From: an uncultured Prevotellaceae bacterium
GTDB taxonomy: Bacteria; Bacteroidota; Bacteroidia; Bacteroidales; Bacteroidaceae
DNA length: 64,000 nt
Direction: 5' to 3'
Assembly (NCBI GenBank): GCA_946626595.1
Contig: CAMOUQ010000001.1
Span: 65,846-129,845 of the forward strand
This document shows, one piece after another, positions 7,228 through 16,985 of this stretch. A model generated the notes under the pieces. That model was not told the DNA's origin, did not search any database, and worked only from the letters and a program-made list of their open reading frames with translations. Numbering within the stretch: position 1 is the first letter of the stretch; every line of letters starts with the position of its first letter. The translations under genes and the position numbers were made by a program.

Positions 7228-8141
7228 AAATCCCCCTGCGGGGCAATGGGACCTACGACGTTTACGGTCAGTGCCTTTATCATGCGGGCATAGACGTTGT
7301 TCAGTTCTTCTATCTGCTGGGCCATGCGACGTGTCTGTTCATCGATTTGTTCGATGGTGCTGACCTGCTTGCTGATGTTGCGCAACTGCAGTTCGTAGAC
7401 GGTGGCAATGCCGGTGAGCGTACGGTTCAGGTTCTCCATTTCCTCGCTGTCGGTGCTCATGCGGTCGGCCTGGTCCTTCACGCGGCCCAGCACCTCGGTC
7501 AGTTCGGTCAGTCGCTCGGCATAGTTCTTCTGGGCTTCTTCCACGGTGGCCGGGTCGAGTGCCTCCACCTGGGCCTCCGTCAGTGGCATGCCGCCACCTA
7601 TGACGCCGCCGCCCAAGACAATAGGCTGTCCAGCAACGGCACCGCCAACGACGGTCTGACCTGCACCGCCGACGACAACGGGCTGTCCGTTGCCTGTGGC
7701 TCCAGGAACGGCCTCAGCTCCCTCGTTCTGCGCCAAGGCTTCAGCCGAGGCCACACCTCCGCCGCCGATGACCACCGTGCCACCGCCGGCAGGTACGCCG
7801 CCGCCAATGACTACAGCGCCACCGCCCGGCACGCCGCCATTCTGTGCGGCAACCGAGGCTGCAGCGGCCAGTCCTTCAACCGCCTCGCTCGAGAGTCCGG
7901 CACCGGCCTCGGGGACACGCTCTGTCACGCGCTCGAAACCGGCAACGATGAACACGAATACCTCCGTGCCCATACCGATGAACAGCATCAGGTTGGCACC
8001 CGGCAGATGGGTCAACTTGAACAAGGTACCCAAAATAACGACGGCTGCGCCCCACGAATAGGCATAATTCATGAAGGTCTGTCCGGCCATGGTGTCCATC
8101 CATTTCTGGATGACTTCTATCAGATTCAGTTTCTTTCCCAT
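7221..8141 (-). CDS. porL: T9SS motor protein PorL/GldL
   Basis: 306 aa. The N-terminus has two TM helices (WGAAVVILGTLFKLTHLPGANLMLFIGMGTEVFVFIVAGF). A Gly/Val/Ala-rich linker is followed by a coiled C-terminal domain. Confidence 0.9.
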   Translation of the reverse strand: MGKKLNLIEVIQKWMDTMAGQTFMNYAYSWGAAVVILGTLFKLTHLPGANLMLFIGMGTEVFVFIVAGFERVTERVPEAGAGLSSEAVEGLAAAASVAAQNGGVPGGGAVVIGGGVPAGGGTVVIGGGGVASAEALAQNEGAEAVPGATGNGQPVVVGGAGQTVVGGAVAGQPIVLGGGVIGGGMPLTEAQVEALDPATVEEAQKNYAERLTELTEVLGRVKDQADRMSTDSEEMENLNRTLTGIATVYELQLRNISKQVSTIEQIDEQTRRMAQQIEELNNVYARMIKALTVNVVGPIAPQGDLS

Positions 8142-8200
8142 ATTCTTATCTATTTTCCAGGGACGGCCCGATTGGCACGGTTGCCCTTGGGTTCTATGGA

Positions 8201-9652
8201 TTATTTCTTTTTGTTAGGTTGTTTCGAGTTGTCGTTCACCATAGAGCGTACGCAGCGGAAGCCGATGTACGAGCGCGGTTGGTTTTGATATTCATAGGTA
8301 CGCCAGGCCGAGCGAATCATGCTCTCGGGGTCCTTCCACGAGCCGCCTCTGACACTTTTCTTCTTCAGGCGGTAGGGGTCTTCCTTCGCTGCGTTGTACT
8401 TCAGTTCGGGATTCATGTCGCTCATGCTCTCCACGCCGGCCTCGGTGAACACGGTGCTGGTCCATTCGGCCACGTTTCCGGCCATGTCGTAGAGTCCGTT
8501 GCTGTTGGCACTGAATCCGCCGCACTTCGAGGTTATCAGGCTGCCGTCCTCGGTATAGTTACCGCGGTCGGGCTTGAAGTTGGCATAGAAACAATTCTTG
8601 TCGCTCTTCACCTCGCCGCTCTCCCAGGGGAAGGGACTGCCCGATTTGCCACGGGCTGCATACTCCCACTCTATCTCGGTCGGCAAGCGGTAACGCTGTA
8701 TCTGCTTGGCCATGCCGCCCAGCCCCTTCAGGAGGAAGTTGGTGCGCCAGGCGCAGAAGGCATTTGCCTGTTCCCAGGTGACCCCGACCACGGGATAGTC
8801 GTCGTAGGCGGGATTATTGAAGTAGAGCTTCATGTATCGCTCATTGTCAGCATTCCGGAAGTCGTTGACCCAGCAGGTCGTGTCGGGGAAAATGTTCACG
8901 ATGTAGGTATTCAGGAAGTCCCAGGGCCCACTGAGGGGTCGGGTGATGGTCTGACGCACAATCTTGCCGTCGTCGTCAATCCATGCCGTATCCTTGCTGA
9001 TCATCACCTCGCGGTTGCGAATCTCATCGTGACTGGCATCGGTGTTCAGGTCGCGTTCCTCGGGATTCAGGCGGAAGCGGCGCTGTGCGGCTGCCACGTA
9101 GTCGTAGATTTCGTAGCGATAGTTCATCTGACTGGCATCCAGCATCTTCGTCCCGTCGATGGGATGGGTGACGTAGACACTCTCAATGGCACGTTGCTCG
9201 TCCTCGTTGGCCTTACGCCAGGGGATGGCCTTGTTCCAGTTCAGATACGGAGTGATGGGATTTCCCTCCTTGTCCTCCTCTATCTTATACGTTTCGTCGC
9301 CACCGAAGGCGGGGTCGGCCAGGCGTTCGCGGATGATGCTGTCGCGCACCCAGTTGACAAACTGACGGTACTTGGCATTCGAGACTTCCGTCTCGTCCAT
9401 CCAGAAACCGTCTACCGAAATATCACGTTTCGGGAAACCGGCGCCCCAAAGGGTGTCATCCTCCTCTATGCCGACACGCAGGGAGCCCTTCCTGACAGGC
9501 ACCATGCCAAACGGCACGGGCTCGGAGAAACTGGTGCCCTTGACACCCGTCACCTCGCCGCCGACGGCATTGGCCGACGAACTGGAACCCATGCAGGCGG
9601 TCAGCATCATCAAAAGTAAAAAGTAGAAAGTAAAGAACAATGTCCGCTTCAT
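8201..9652 (-). CDS. porK: T9SS outer-ring lipoprotein PorK/GldK (FGE-sulfatase/SUMF1 fold)
   Basis: 483 aa with lipobox LTAC. SUMF1-type motifs: GLYDMAGNVAEW, RGGSW and IGFRCV. Confidence 0.92.
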   Translation of the reverse strand: MKRTLFFTFYFLLLMMLTACMGSSSSANAVGGEVTGVKGTSFSEPVPFGMVPVRKGSLRVGIEEDDTLWGAGFPKRDISVDGFWMDETEVSNAKYRQFVNWVRDSIIRERLADPAFGGDETYKIEEDKEGNPITPYLNWNKAIPWRKANEDEQRAIESVYVTHPIDGTKMLDASQMNYRYEIYDYVAAAQRRFRLNPEERDLNTDASHDEIRNREVMISKDTAWIDDDGKIVRQTITRPLSGPWDFLNTYIVNIFPDTTCWVNDFRNADNERYMKLYFNNPAYDDYPVVGVTWEQANAFCAWRTNFLLKGLGGMAKQIQRYRLPTEIEWEYAARGKSGSPFPWESGEVKSDKNCFYANFKPDRGNYTEDGSLITSKCGGFSANSNGLYDMAGNVAEWTSTVFTEAGVESMSDMNPELKYNAAKEDPYRLKKKSVRGGSWKDPESMIRSAWRTYEYQNQPRSYIGFRCVRSMVNDNSKQPNKKK

Positions 9653-9668
9653 AACTTTTTATATCATT

Positions 9669-9710
9669 TTAATTCTTATTCCTTAATTCTTAATTCTTAT
9701 CTCTTAATTC
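9669..9710. repeat. 7-bp tandem repeat x6 (TTAATTC family) in the porP-porK junction
   Basis: ttaattc ttattcc ttaattc ttaattc ttatctc ttaattc. The last base is part of the porP stop codon. Confidence 0.9.
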
Positions 9711-10651
9711 TACAACAGTCTCACGCTCTTGTGCAGGTTCTTTCCCTTCTTGAAGAGGTTCAGGTCGGTCTGATACCCAATCACGATTTCGTGCGTGCCG
9801 TGCAGCACTCCGATGCCTCCCGTATATGCTTCGTAGGCATAACCTATCTGCACACCGTGGAAGTTGGTTCCGACCAGGACACCGGCACTCACCGTCGGAC
9901 TGTACGACAGACCTGCATAGATGCGAAACTTCTCGCCGTTGTAGGCCATGCGTGCCGTTATGTCGCCGCGCCAGGCCTGGAAGTCTGTGCGCAGGATGCC
10001 CGTGGTGTAGAGCACGAATTCGGGATTTCGGAACCGGATGTTATAGCCACCCGTCAGGTAATAGAGCCTGTTCACCTTCATCTCATTCACCTTATCGTCG
10101 CCCAACTTCACGGTCGGGGCCGTCAGGTGCATCGAACTCAGACCGGCGTACCACAGTTGTTTGTAAGTGTATCGCAGGCCGAAATCCACGTCCAGGGCCA
10201 TGCCGTCCACCTGACTTGATGCGAATGCCGGGTCGCTGGGATCCCTGACATCGAGTTTCGAACCGTCGAAGGTTGCGTTCAGGAAGCCCACGCGGGCTCC
10301 TACGCTCAGGCGACCACCCCACAGCGGCTGGTGGAAGGCATATTGGAGGTACATCTTTTTATTGGAGAAGAGACCAATCTTGTCATTCATGAATCCCACG
10401 CCAGCGCCATGTCGCGGACTCAGGAAGAAGAGTGGCAGGTCGGCAGTGGCCAACATGGTCTGTGGAGCCTGATCGAATCCCACCATCTGCATGCTGAAGG
10501 CACCCTGTACATTGAGTTGCCCATCCAGACCGCTCGAGGCGGGGTTGAAGTAGGACTGCAGCGCCCAATAGTTAGCGAACGCTGCATCATACTGTGCACA
10601 GACAGGCAACGCCGCCAGCACGCCCACGACCAACCACAATAGTCTTTTCAT
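9710..10651 (-). CDS. porP: T9SS membrane protein PorP/SprF family
   Basis: 313 aa with a signal peptide ending CAQ. It has the family-typical start QYDAAFANYWALQSYFNPASSG and a beta-barrel-like repeat pattern. It is the first gene of the porPKLMN block. Confidence 0.85.
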   Translation of the reverse strand: MKRLLWLVVGVLAALPVCAQYDAAFANYWALQSYFNPASSGLDGQLNVQGAFSMQMVGFDQAPQTMLATADLPLFFLSPRHGAGVGFMNDKIGLFSNKKMYLQYAFHQPLWGGRLSVGARVGFLNATFDGSKLDVRDPSDPAFASSQVDGMALDVDFGLRYTYKQLWYAGLSSMHLTAPTVKLGDDKVNEMKVNRLYYLTGGYNIRFRNPEFVLYTTGILRTDFQAWRGDITARMAYNGEKFRIYAGLSYSPTVSAGVLVGTNFHGVQIGYAYEAYTGGIGVLHGTHEIVIGYQTDLNLFKKGKNLHKSVRLL

Positions 10652-10857
10652 CCTTATAAAATAACGCGCAACTCAGCGTATTATTGTATTCTACCCTTAA
10701 AAATCTTTAACAACATCTCCACCGGTTATACCTTTATTTAATATATACGCGCACGTAGAGGATGCAAAATGTAGCAGAAAACGTATGTTTCTGGCATTAT
10801 GAGACAAAAAACGAAGTCTTTGGTACAAGAAAGAAAGGGATATATAACTATTTAATA

Positions 10858-10865
10858 TAACTTTG
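10858..10865 (+). promoter_or_regulatory. -7 promoter box TAACTTTG
   Basis: Matches TAnnTTTG, 28 nt upstream of the symporter ATG (10894). Confidence 0.45.
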
Positions 10866-10893
10866 CATCGTGAAAACCTAAAATCGCACAATC

Positions 10894-12369
10894 ATGACAG
10901 ACGGAAAAGTTTCATTACGAGAGAAAGTCGGATACTCGATGGGCGACGTTGCCGCCAATCTGGTGTTCCAGATGATGATGATATTCCAGCTGAAGTTCTA
11001 CACAGACATCTTCGGACTGGATGGAGCCGTAGCAGGCTCGGTGTTGCTGATAGCCCGCATCGTCGACGCATTTGTCGACCCGGCCGTAGGCATCCTGACC
11101 GACCGCACCCAGACACGCTGGGGCAAATATCGTCCCTGGGTACTGTGGACGGCCATCCCCTTCTGCGTATTCTACGTCCTGGCATTCTGGAATCCGGGCA
11201 TCGAGCAGAAGAGTCTGGTGGCCCTGTATGCCACCGTCAGCTATGTGTTGCTGATGACCATGTACTCGTTCAACAACACGCCCTACTCTGCCCTGGGTGG
11301 TGTGATGACGGGCGACATCCGCGAGCGCACCAGCATTACCAGCATTCGCTTCATCGGCAGCACCATTGCACAATTCGTCGTGCAGGGTCTGACATTGCCC
11401 TTGGTAGCCAAGTTCGGCGGAGATGACGAAGCCCACGGCTGGCTGTGCACCATCGGACTGTACGCTGCCATCTGCCTCGTCTGCTTCATCATCACCTTCG
11501 CCTCGGCCCGCGAGCGCATCGCTCCGCCGCCACAGCAGGAGATGAACATCCGCAAGGACGTGCAGGAACTGCTCTCGAATGTTCCTTGGCGCTCGATGTT
11601 CGTGCTCACGCTCTTTGTCTTCATCACACTGGCCATGTGGGGCTCTGCCATGAGTTTCTACTTCCAGAGCTACGTCGACCAGGGTGCCCTGTTTGCCTTC
11701 CTCGACAACATGGGCCTGGTGCGCCCCGAGGGCGAGGGCAACTTCCTCCTCTCCACCTTCAACCTGATTGCCCACAAGGAGTCCGACGCCTATGCCATCG
11801 GCTTCTCCCTCTTCAACATGATCGGGGCCCTGGTTCAGTTCGTCGGTGTCATTCTGCTCTCCAACTTCCTGGCCAACCGCTATGGCAAGCGCCAGACCTT
11901 CATCGTCTGCCTCAGCCTGACGGTGGTCTTCACCGCCATGTTCTGGCTGCCCGGGCCAAAGGATGTCACGTCCATGTTCGTACTCTGCATACTGAAGTCC
12001 CTGGCCTACGCCCCCACGGTGCCCCTGTTGTGGGCCATGATTGGCGACGTGGCCGACCACATCGAGTACGTCAACCATCGCCGTGCCACGGGTTTCTGCT
12101 TCTCGGGCGTCGTATTTGCCCTGAAGGCCGGTCTGGGCCTGGGTGGTGCCTTCGCAGGTCTCATCCTTTCGGGCTTCGGCTACGCTTCGGGACTCAATGT
12201 GGTGCAGAGCGAGCAGGCCATCCAGGGCATCCGCCTCGTCTCCAGCCTGGTTCCGGCCCTACTGTTTGCCGTCGGTGTGGCAGCCCTCTTCTTCTACCCC
12301 ATCAGCAAGCAGTTCAACGAACAGATGCAGGCCGAACTGGCTGAACGCAGAAAGCATGTGAATGATTAA
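10894..12369 (+). CDS. glycoside-pentoside-hexuronide (GPH):cation symporter, MelB/XylP/YicJ-like
   Basis: 491 aa with about 12 TM helices. GPH signature: IARIVDAFVDPAVGILTDRTQTRWGKYRPW. Confidence 0.9.
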   Translation: MTDGKVSLREKVGYSMGDVAANLVFQMMMIFQLKFYTDIFGLDGAVAGSVLLIARIVDAFVDPAVGILTDRTQTRWGKYRPWVLWTAIPFCVFYVLAFWNPGIEQKSLVALYATVSYVLLMTMYSFNNTPYSALGGVMTGDIRERTSITSIRFIGSTIAQFVVQGLTLPLVAKFGGDDEAHGWLCTIGLYAAICLVCFIITFASARERIAPPPQQEMNIRKDVQELLSNVPWRSMFVLTLFVFITLAMWGSAMSFYFQSYVDQGALFAFLDNMGLVRPEGEGNFLLSTFNLIAHKESDAYAIGFSLFNMIGALVQFVGVILLSNFLANRYGKRQTFIVCLSLTVVFTAMFWLPGPKDVTSMFVLCILKSLAYAPTVPLLWAMIGDVADHIEYVNHRRATGFCFSGVVFALKAGLGLGGAFAGLILSGFGYASGLNVVQSEQAIQGIRLVSSLVPALLFAVGVAALFFYPISKQFNEQMQAELAERRKHVND

Positions 12370-12385
12370 TAAGAAATGTAATAAT

Positions 12386-13339
12386 ATGAAAACACGTTAT
12401 TTGTTCCCCACCGACTATATGGCCGACCCTTCGGGTCACGTTTTTAACGATAAACTGTACATCTACCCCTCGCACGACCGCGAGAGCGGCATCCCCGAGA
12501 ACGACAATGGCGACCACTTCGACATGCGCGACTATCACGTACTCGTCCTCGACGACCCCGACCAGGGCGAAGCACGCGACCTGGGCATGATACTCAGCCT
12601 CGAAGACATCCCCTGGGCCGGCCGCCAGCTTTGGGACAACGACGTAGTGGAGCACAACGGACGCTACCACCTCATCTTCAGCATGAAGGACAAGAGCGAC
12701 GTATTCCACCTGGGTGTGGCCGTGGCCGACAAGCCCGAAGGTCCGTTCCGTGCCCTGCCCGACCCCATTCGGGGTTCGTACAGCATCGACCCCTGCGTCT
12801 TCAAGGACGACGACGGCAAGGTGTATGTCTACTTCGGCGGTCTGTGGGGCGGACAATTGCAGCGCTACCGCGACAATCGTGCCCTGGAAAGCGCTATCTT
12901 GCCCCAGGGCGGCGAACCCTCGCTGCCTGCCCGCGTGGCTTGCATGAACGACGACATCACGCAGTTTGCCGAAGAGCCCCGTCCGGTCGAAATTGTCGAT
13001 GAAACGGGCCAAATTCTGCGTGCCGACGACCCGCATCGCTTCTTCGAGGCATCGTGGCTCCACAAGCACAACGGCACCTACTACTTCAGCTACTCCACCG
13101 GCGACAGCCATCTCCTGTGCTATGCCACCAGCCAGTCGCCCTACGGTCCATTCCGCTTCCGTGGCGAATTGCTGCAGCCCGTCGTGGGCTGGACCACCCA
13201 CCACTCCATCGTGGAATGGCGCGGCCGCACGTTCCTGCTCCACCACGACAGCGTGCCCTCCGGCGGACTCACATGGCTGCGCAGTGCCAAGATTGCCGAG
13301 ATTGCCTATGGGCCGGACGGCAGCATGAGCGTAATATGA
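12386..13339 (+). CDS. GH43 beta-xylosidase/alpha-L-arabinofuranosidase (cytoplasmic)
   Basis: Conserved motifs: FPTDYMADPSGHVF (Asp base), DPCVFKDDDGKVYVYFG and EASWLHKHNGTYYFSYS (Glu acid). The start is taken at MKTRY (12386), because the track start at 12362 lies inside the symporter gene. Confidence 0.88.
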   Translation: MKTRYLFPTDYMADPSGHVFNDKLYIYPSHDRESGIPENDNGDHFDMRDYHVLVLDDPDQGEARDLGMILSLEDIPWAGRQLWDNDVVEHNGRYHLIFSMKDKSDVFHLGVAVADKPEGPFRALPDPIRGSYSIDPCVFKDDDGKVYVYFGGLWGGQLQRYRDNRALESAILPQGGEPSLPARVACMNDDITQFAEEPRPVEIVDETGQILRADDPHRFFEASWLHKHNGTYYFSYSTGDSHLLCYATSQSPYGPFRFRGELLQPVVGWTTHHSIVEWRGRTFLLHHDSVPSGGLTWLRSAKIAEIAYGPDGSMSVI

Positions 13340-13398
13340 TACATCAAAGCTTGAATACTGGTTTCATGCTAAATAAAGGTTAGTTAATTAATTTGCGG

Positions 13399-13437
13399 AA
13401 AGTCACCTGTGCGGGAGCATCGGTGACTTTTTTTTTG
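13399..13437 (+). terminator. rho-independent terminator
   Basis: Stem aaagtcacc / ggtgacttt with a 14-nt loop, followed by T7. Confidence 0.75.
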
Positions 13438-13497
13438 CATGAGACGACAGCAAAACTCTTTGTGACATATTATAACACGCCTTTGCGCGCATACGCA

Positions 13498-13505
13498 TAA
13501 CTTTG
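13498..13505 (+). promoter_or_regulatory. -7 promoter box TAACTTTG
   Basis: Matches TAnnTTTG, 39 nt upstream of the ATG at 13545. Confidence 0.45.
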
Positions 13506-13544
13506 CAGGCAGAAAACAATCAAGATATCATAAAAACGACACTT

Positions 13545-16500
13545 ATGAAAAGACATCTACTCACCTTTGCCCTGCTATGCCTCTGCTGCACGACATGGGC
13601 TCAGTTCGGGACCATCAGTCCGCTGCACGTCGAGGGCAACCAACTCAAGGACCCCCACGGCAACACCGTAGTTCTCCACGGCATCATGGACACTCCCAGT
13701 CCGTTCTTCAACAACGGACGCTGGGGCGGTGCCTGCAACGACAACACCGTGCAACCCTGCATCCAGTACTTCGACCGCATCTTCACGGCCATCACCGACA
13801 CGACGCAGGGGGCCTACTGCAACCTGTTCCGCCTCCACCTCGACTGCTGCTGGACCAACGACAACGGATACACCTATGCCGTGGCTGCCGACCAGCCTGC
13901 CGACACAGGCGGCGAGGCCAACATCAAGCACTTCAACCCGGCTCGACTGAAGAAATACCTCGCATCGCTGTATTTCCCCATCGCACAGAAGGCCATGAAG
14001 CACGGACTCTACGTCATCATGCGCCCGCCAGGCGTATGCCCCGGCGACCTGCGTGTCGGCGACTACTATCAGAAGTATCTGATTGAGGTCTGGGACATCG
14101 TGACGCAGAACATCAACGTGCGCCGCAATGCCGGCTGGCTGAGCATCGAACTGGCCAACGAGCCGGTCAGCGTCAAGGATGCCAACGGCAACAGCAGTGC
14201 CCGCGCCCTCCACGACTACTTCCAGCCCGTCGTCGACAAGATTCGCGCCAACGGTTTCACAGGTATCATCTGGGTGCCGGGAGCCGGATGGCAGTCTGGA
14301 TATGCCGACTATGCCCGCTACCCCATCACGGGCTACAACATCGGCTATGCCGTCCACGACTATACGGGCTGGTACGGTTGCAGCGACGACCACTGCGACC
14401 CCGATGCCCTCATCAAGCAGTTCCACAACCAGGTGCCCGTGGTGGACACCAACCCCATCGCCATCACCGAGATTGACTGGAGCCCCATCGACCCCAACAA
14501 ACAGGGACACTACAACGAGCACGGCGAATGGGTACAGCCCAACATGGGCACGTGGTCGACGGGCAGCACCTCCAAGTGGGGCGTGGCCTATAAGCAGTTG
14601 CACGACCACTATGGCAACATCTCCATGACCCTCTCCGGCTCGCACTGCTACTTCGACTGGGACACGTATCAGAAGTCGGGCTACAAGACGGTGGTACCGG
14701 CCTACGGCGGCGAACCCGAGGCGTGTGCCAAGGCCTGCTTCGACTGGTATGCCGAATGGGCCAAGGAGAAGCAGCCCCGACCCGAATTCACACGGCAGTG
14801 GACGGCCGACCGCAACAACGGGCAGTACGTCAACCCCATCATCAATGCCGACTTCCCCGACTGCGACGTCATCCGCGTCGACGACACCTACTACCTCCTG
14901 AGCACCACCATGTTCCACATGCCGGGCGCAACGTTGCTCAAGTCGAAGGACCTGGTCAACTGGGAGTATTGTGCCAATCCGCTGAAGCAGATTCTTGACA
15001 ACGACGACTACAACCTGCTGAATGGCAAAAACCACTACTCGCAAGGCATGTGGGCCGGCAGTCTGAACTATCACAACGGAAAGTTCTACATCTATTTCCC
15101 CTGCTCCACCTGGTCACACGACTCGCAGAGCGTCCTCCTCACGGCCACCAAGCCCGAAGGCGAATGGAAAGACACCAGGCTGAAGGGTACCTACCACGAT
15201 CCGGGATGGCTCTTCGACGACGGTCCTGACGGCGACGGCAACCTCTACGTGGCCTGCGGCATCGGCGACATCTATGTGGCCAAACTCAACCCGACGACTT
15301 TCGAGGAAATCTCCAGCACCAAGGTCATCTCCGTCGGCAACGGATGCGAGGGCAGCCACATGTACCACATCGGCGACTACTATTATATATATGCCACATA
15401 CGGCGGCACCGAGGGTTCGCAGACCATCTTCCGCTCCAAGAGTCCCATGGGACCCTACGAGGAGCATGAGGGTCGCATCTTCGAGGGACAGAAGATACAT
15501 CAGGGCGGACTCGTCGAGACGCAGACCGGCCAGTGGTGGACCATACTATTCCGCGACGCCGGAGCCATCGGACGCATCCCTTATCTGGAGCCCGTAGCCT
15601 GGAAGGACGGCTGGCCCACACTGGGCAAGAACGGCCGCGACGTCACTGAGAATGGCTCCGGATACAAGAAGCCCGACGTAGGTGGCGGCGCTCCCCTCTC
15701 CTATCTGCCCACCAACGATGCCTTTGGCGGCACGCGCCTGGGCATGCAGTGGCAGTGGAACCACAACCCCGACAACGAGGCATGGAGCCTGAGCCACGGA
15801 TGGCTGCGACTCAACACCACAGGCACCGCCACCGACCTCATGCAGGCACGCAACTCGCTCACACAACGCATCTTGGGTTACTCGCCTGCCAACACGGCTG
15901 CGAACAAGGTGACCGACAGCTACGGCACCATCAGAATGGCCATCGGCGGCATGAAGGACGGCGACATAGCCGGACTGGCCGTCTTCCAGGATTCCTATGC
16001 CATGATTGCCATCCGTCAGCAGGACGGCGTTCGACGCCTCTACAGCAAGCGAGGCGACTATGAGGACTGGGGCAAAGTCACCGAGGCTAAAGACGAGGAG
16101 GGACCAGTCATCGAGGCCGACACCATCTACCTGCGTGCCATCGTCAACTTCGGCACCAGCGTGGCCAAGTTCTACTATAGCCTCGACAACCAGAACTGGA
16201 CCAAGTTCGGCATCGACCTGAACATGCGCTACACGCTGAGGATATTCGTCGGACAGCGCTTCTACATCTTTAATTATGCCACACAGCAGAACGGTGGTTA
16301 CGTCGACATCGACTGGTTCTCCACCGAGCCCGAGTTTACCGAGGAGAAGTTCTATGCACCAGGCACGCTCGACCTGCTGGATCCCGAGGACCTGATGATG
16401 GAGAAGCTCGTCGCCGACCCGAACACCGTGGAGGTTCGACCGGGCGAAACCGTCGAGGCTCACTTCTACGCCATCGGCAAGACGGGTTACCGGCGCGATG

Positions 16501-16823
16501 TCAGCGACGTGGTGGAAGCCCGGAGCAACAAGAAGAACATCGCCGAATACGAAAGCGGAACAGTCTTCGGCAAGGCCTTAGGTACGGCACAGATTATAGG
16601 CGCCTTCACCGACGAGAGCGGCACCCGCCGCACCGCACGTCTCAACGTGGTCGTCACCAATGAGGTAGGCATACAGGGCACCCCCGGCGAAGCTCCCAGG
16701 GTCATTGCCACGCAGTACTTCACCACCGACGGACGTTCACTTTCTGCTCCCCAGCGGGGCATCACCCTCGTCCGCGAGCAGATGGACAACGGACAATGGC
16801 GGACTCGCAAGGTTTTGCGATAA
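13545..16823 (+). CDS. bifunctional GH5 - GH43 glycoside hydrolase with C-terminal beta-sandwich/Ig-like domains and a T9SS-like tail
   Basis: Signal peptide MKRHLLTFALLCLCCTTWAQ. GH5 motifs: IELANEPV (acid/base) and AITEIDW (nucleophile). GH43 motifs: DVIRVDDTYYLLSTT, DPGWLFDDGPDGDGNLYVA and CEGSHMYHIGDYYYIY. Tail: YFTTDGRSLSAPQRGITLV...RKVLR. The track start at 13503 is a TTG. Confidence 0.85.
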   Translation: MKRHLLTFALLCLCCTTWAQFGTISPLHVEGNQLKDPHGNTVVLHGIMDTPSPFFNNGRWGGACNDNTVQPCIQYFDRIFTAITDTTQGAYCNLFRLHLDCCWTNDNGYTYAVAADQPADTGGEANIKHFNPARLKKYLASLYFPIAQKAMKHGLYVIMRPPGVCPGDLRVGDYYQKYLIEVWDIVTQNINVRRNAGWLSIELANEPVSVKDANGNSSARALHDYFQPVVDKIRANGFTGIIWVPGAGWQSGYADYARYPITGYNIGYAVHDYTGWYGCSDDHCDPDALIKQFHNQVPVVDTNPIAITEIDWSPIDPNKQGHYNEHGEWVQPNMGTWSTGSTSKWGVAYKQLHDHYGNISMTLSGSHCYFDWDTYQKSGYKTVVPAYGGEPEACAKACFDWYAEWAKEKQPRPEFTRQWTADRNNGQYVNPIINADFPDCDVIRVDDTYYLLSTTMFHMPGATLLKSKDLVNWEYCANPLKQILDNDDYNLLNGKNHYSQGMWAGSLNYHNGKFYIYFPCSTWSHDSQSVLLTATKPEGEWKDTRLKGTYHDPGWLFDDGPDGDGNLYVACGIGDIYVAKLNPTTFEEISSTKVISVGNGCEGSHMYHIGDYYYIYATYGGTEGSQTIFRSKSPMGPYEEHEGRIFEGQKIHQGGLVETQTGQWWTILFRDAGAIGRIPYLEPVAWKDGWPTLGKNGRDVTENGSGYKKPDVGGGAPLSYLPTNDAFGGTRLGMQWQWNHNPDNEAWSLSHGWLRLNTTGTATDLMQARNSLTQRILGYSPANTAANKVTDSYGTIRMAIGGMKDGDIAGLAVFQDSYAMIAIRQQDGVRRLYSKRGDYEDWGKVTEAKDEEGPVIEADTIYLRAIVNFGTSVAKFYYSLDNQNWTKFGIDLNMRYTLRIFVGQRFYIFNYATQQNGGYVDIDWFSTEPEFTEEKFYAPGTLDLLDPEDLMMEKLVADPNTVEVRPGETVEAHFYAIGKTGYRRDVSDVVEARSNKKNIAEYESGTVFGKALGTAQIIGAFTDESGTRRTARLNVVVTNEVGIQGTPGEAPRVIATQYFTTDGRSLSAPQRGITLVREQMDNGQWRTRKVLR

Positions 16824-16847
16824 CCTTTGACATCTTTCCCTATGTCG

Positions 16848-16885
16848 ATTCGCTTGACGCACAATCGTGTGTCAAGCGAATTTTA
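16848..16885 (+). terminator. rho-independent terminator
   Basis: Stem attcgcttgac / gtcaagcgaat with a 12-nt loop, followed by TTTTAT. Confidence 0.65.
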
Positions 16886-16961
16886 TGGTGGATTTACCTC
16901 CGTCACAACGGCAATCGCACAAAAACGTGGTAAAAAATTTCGTAAAACGAATCTAAATTCG

Positions 16962-16969
16962 TAATTTTG
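16962..16969 (+). promoter_or_regulatory. -7 promoter box TAATTTTG
   Basis: Matches TAnnTTTG, 16 nt before the HTCS ATG. It is embedded in AATTCGTAA-type repeats (16938-16966). Confidence 0.4.
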
Positions 16970-16985
16970 TTATCGCTAACCTTAA

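Noticed and set aside
7560-7920. Gly/Val/Ala-rich low-complexity stretch in PorL, considered as a possible frameshift or repeat insertion.
   Set aside because: The reading frame is continuous, with a conserved GldL N-terminus and a coiled C-terminus on either side. It looks like a flexible cytoplasmic linker, and no clean nucleotide repeat unit was seen.
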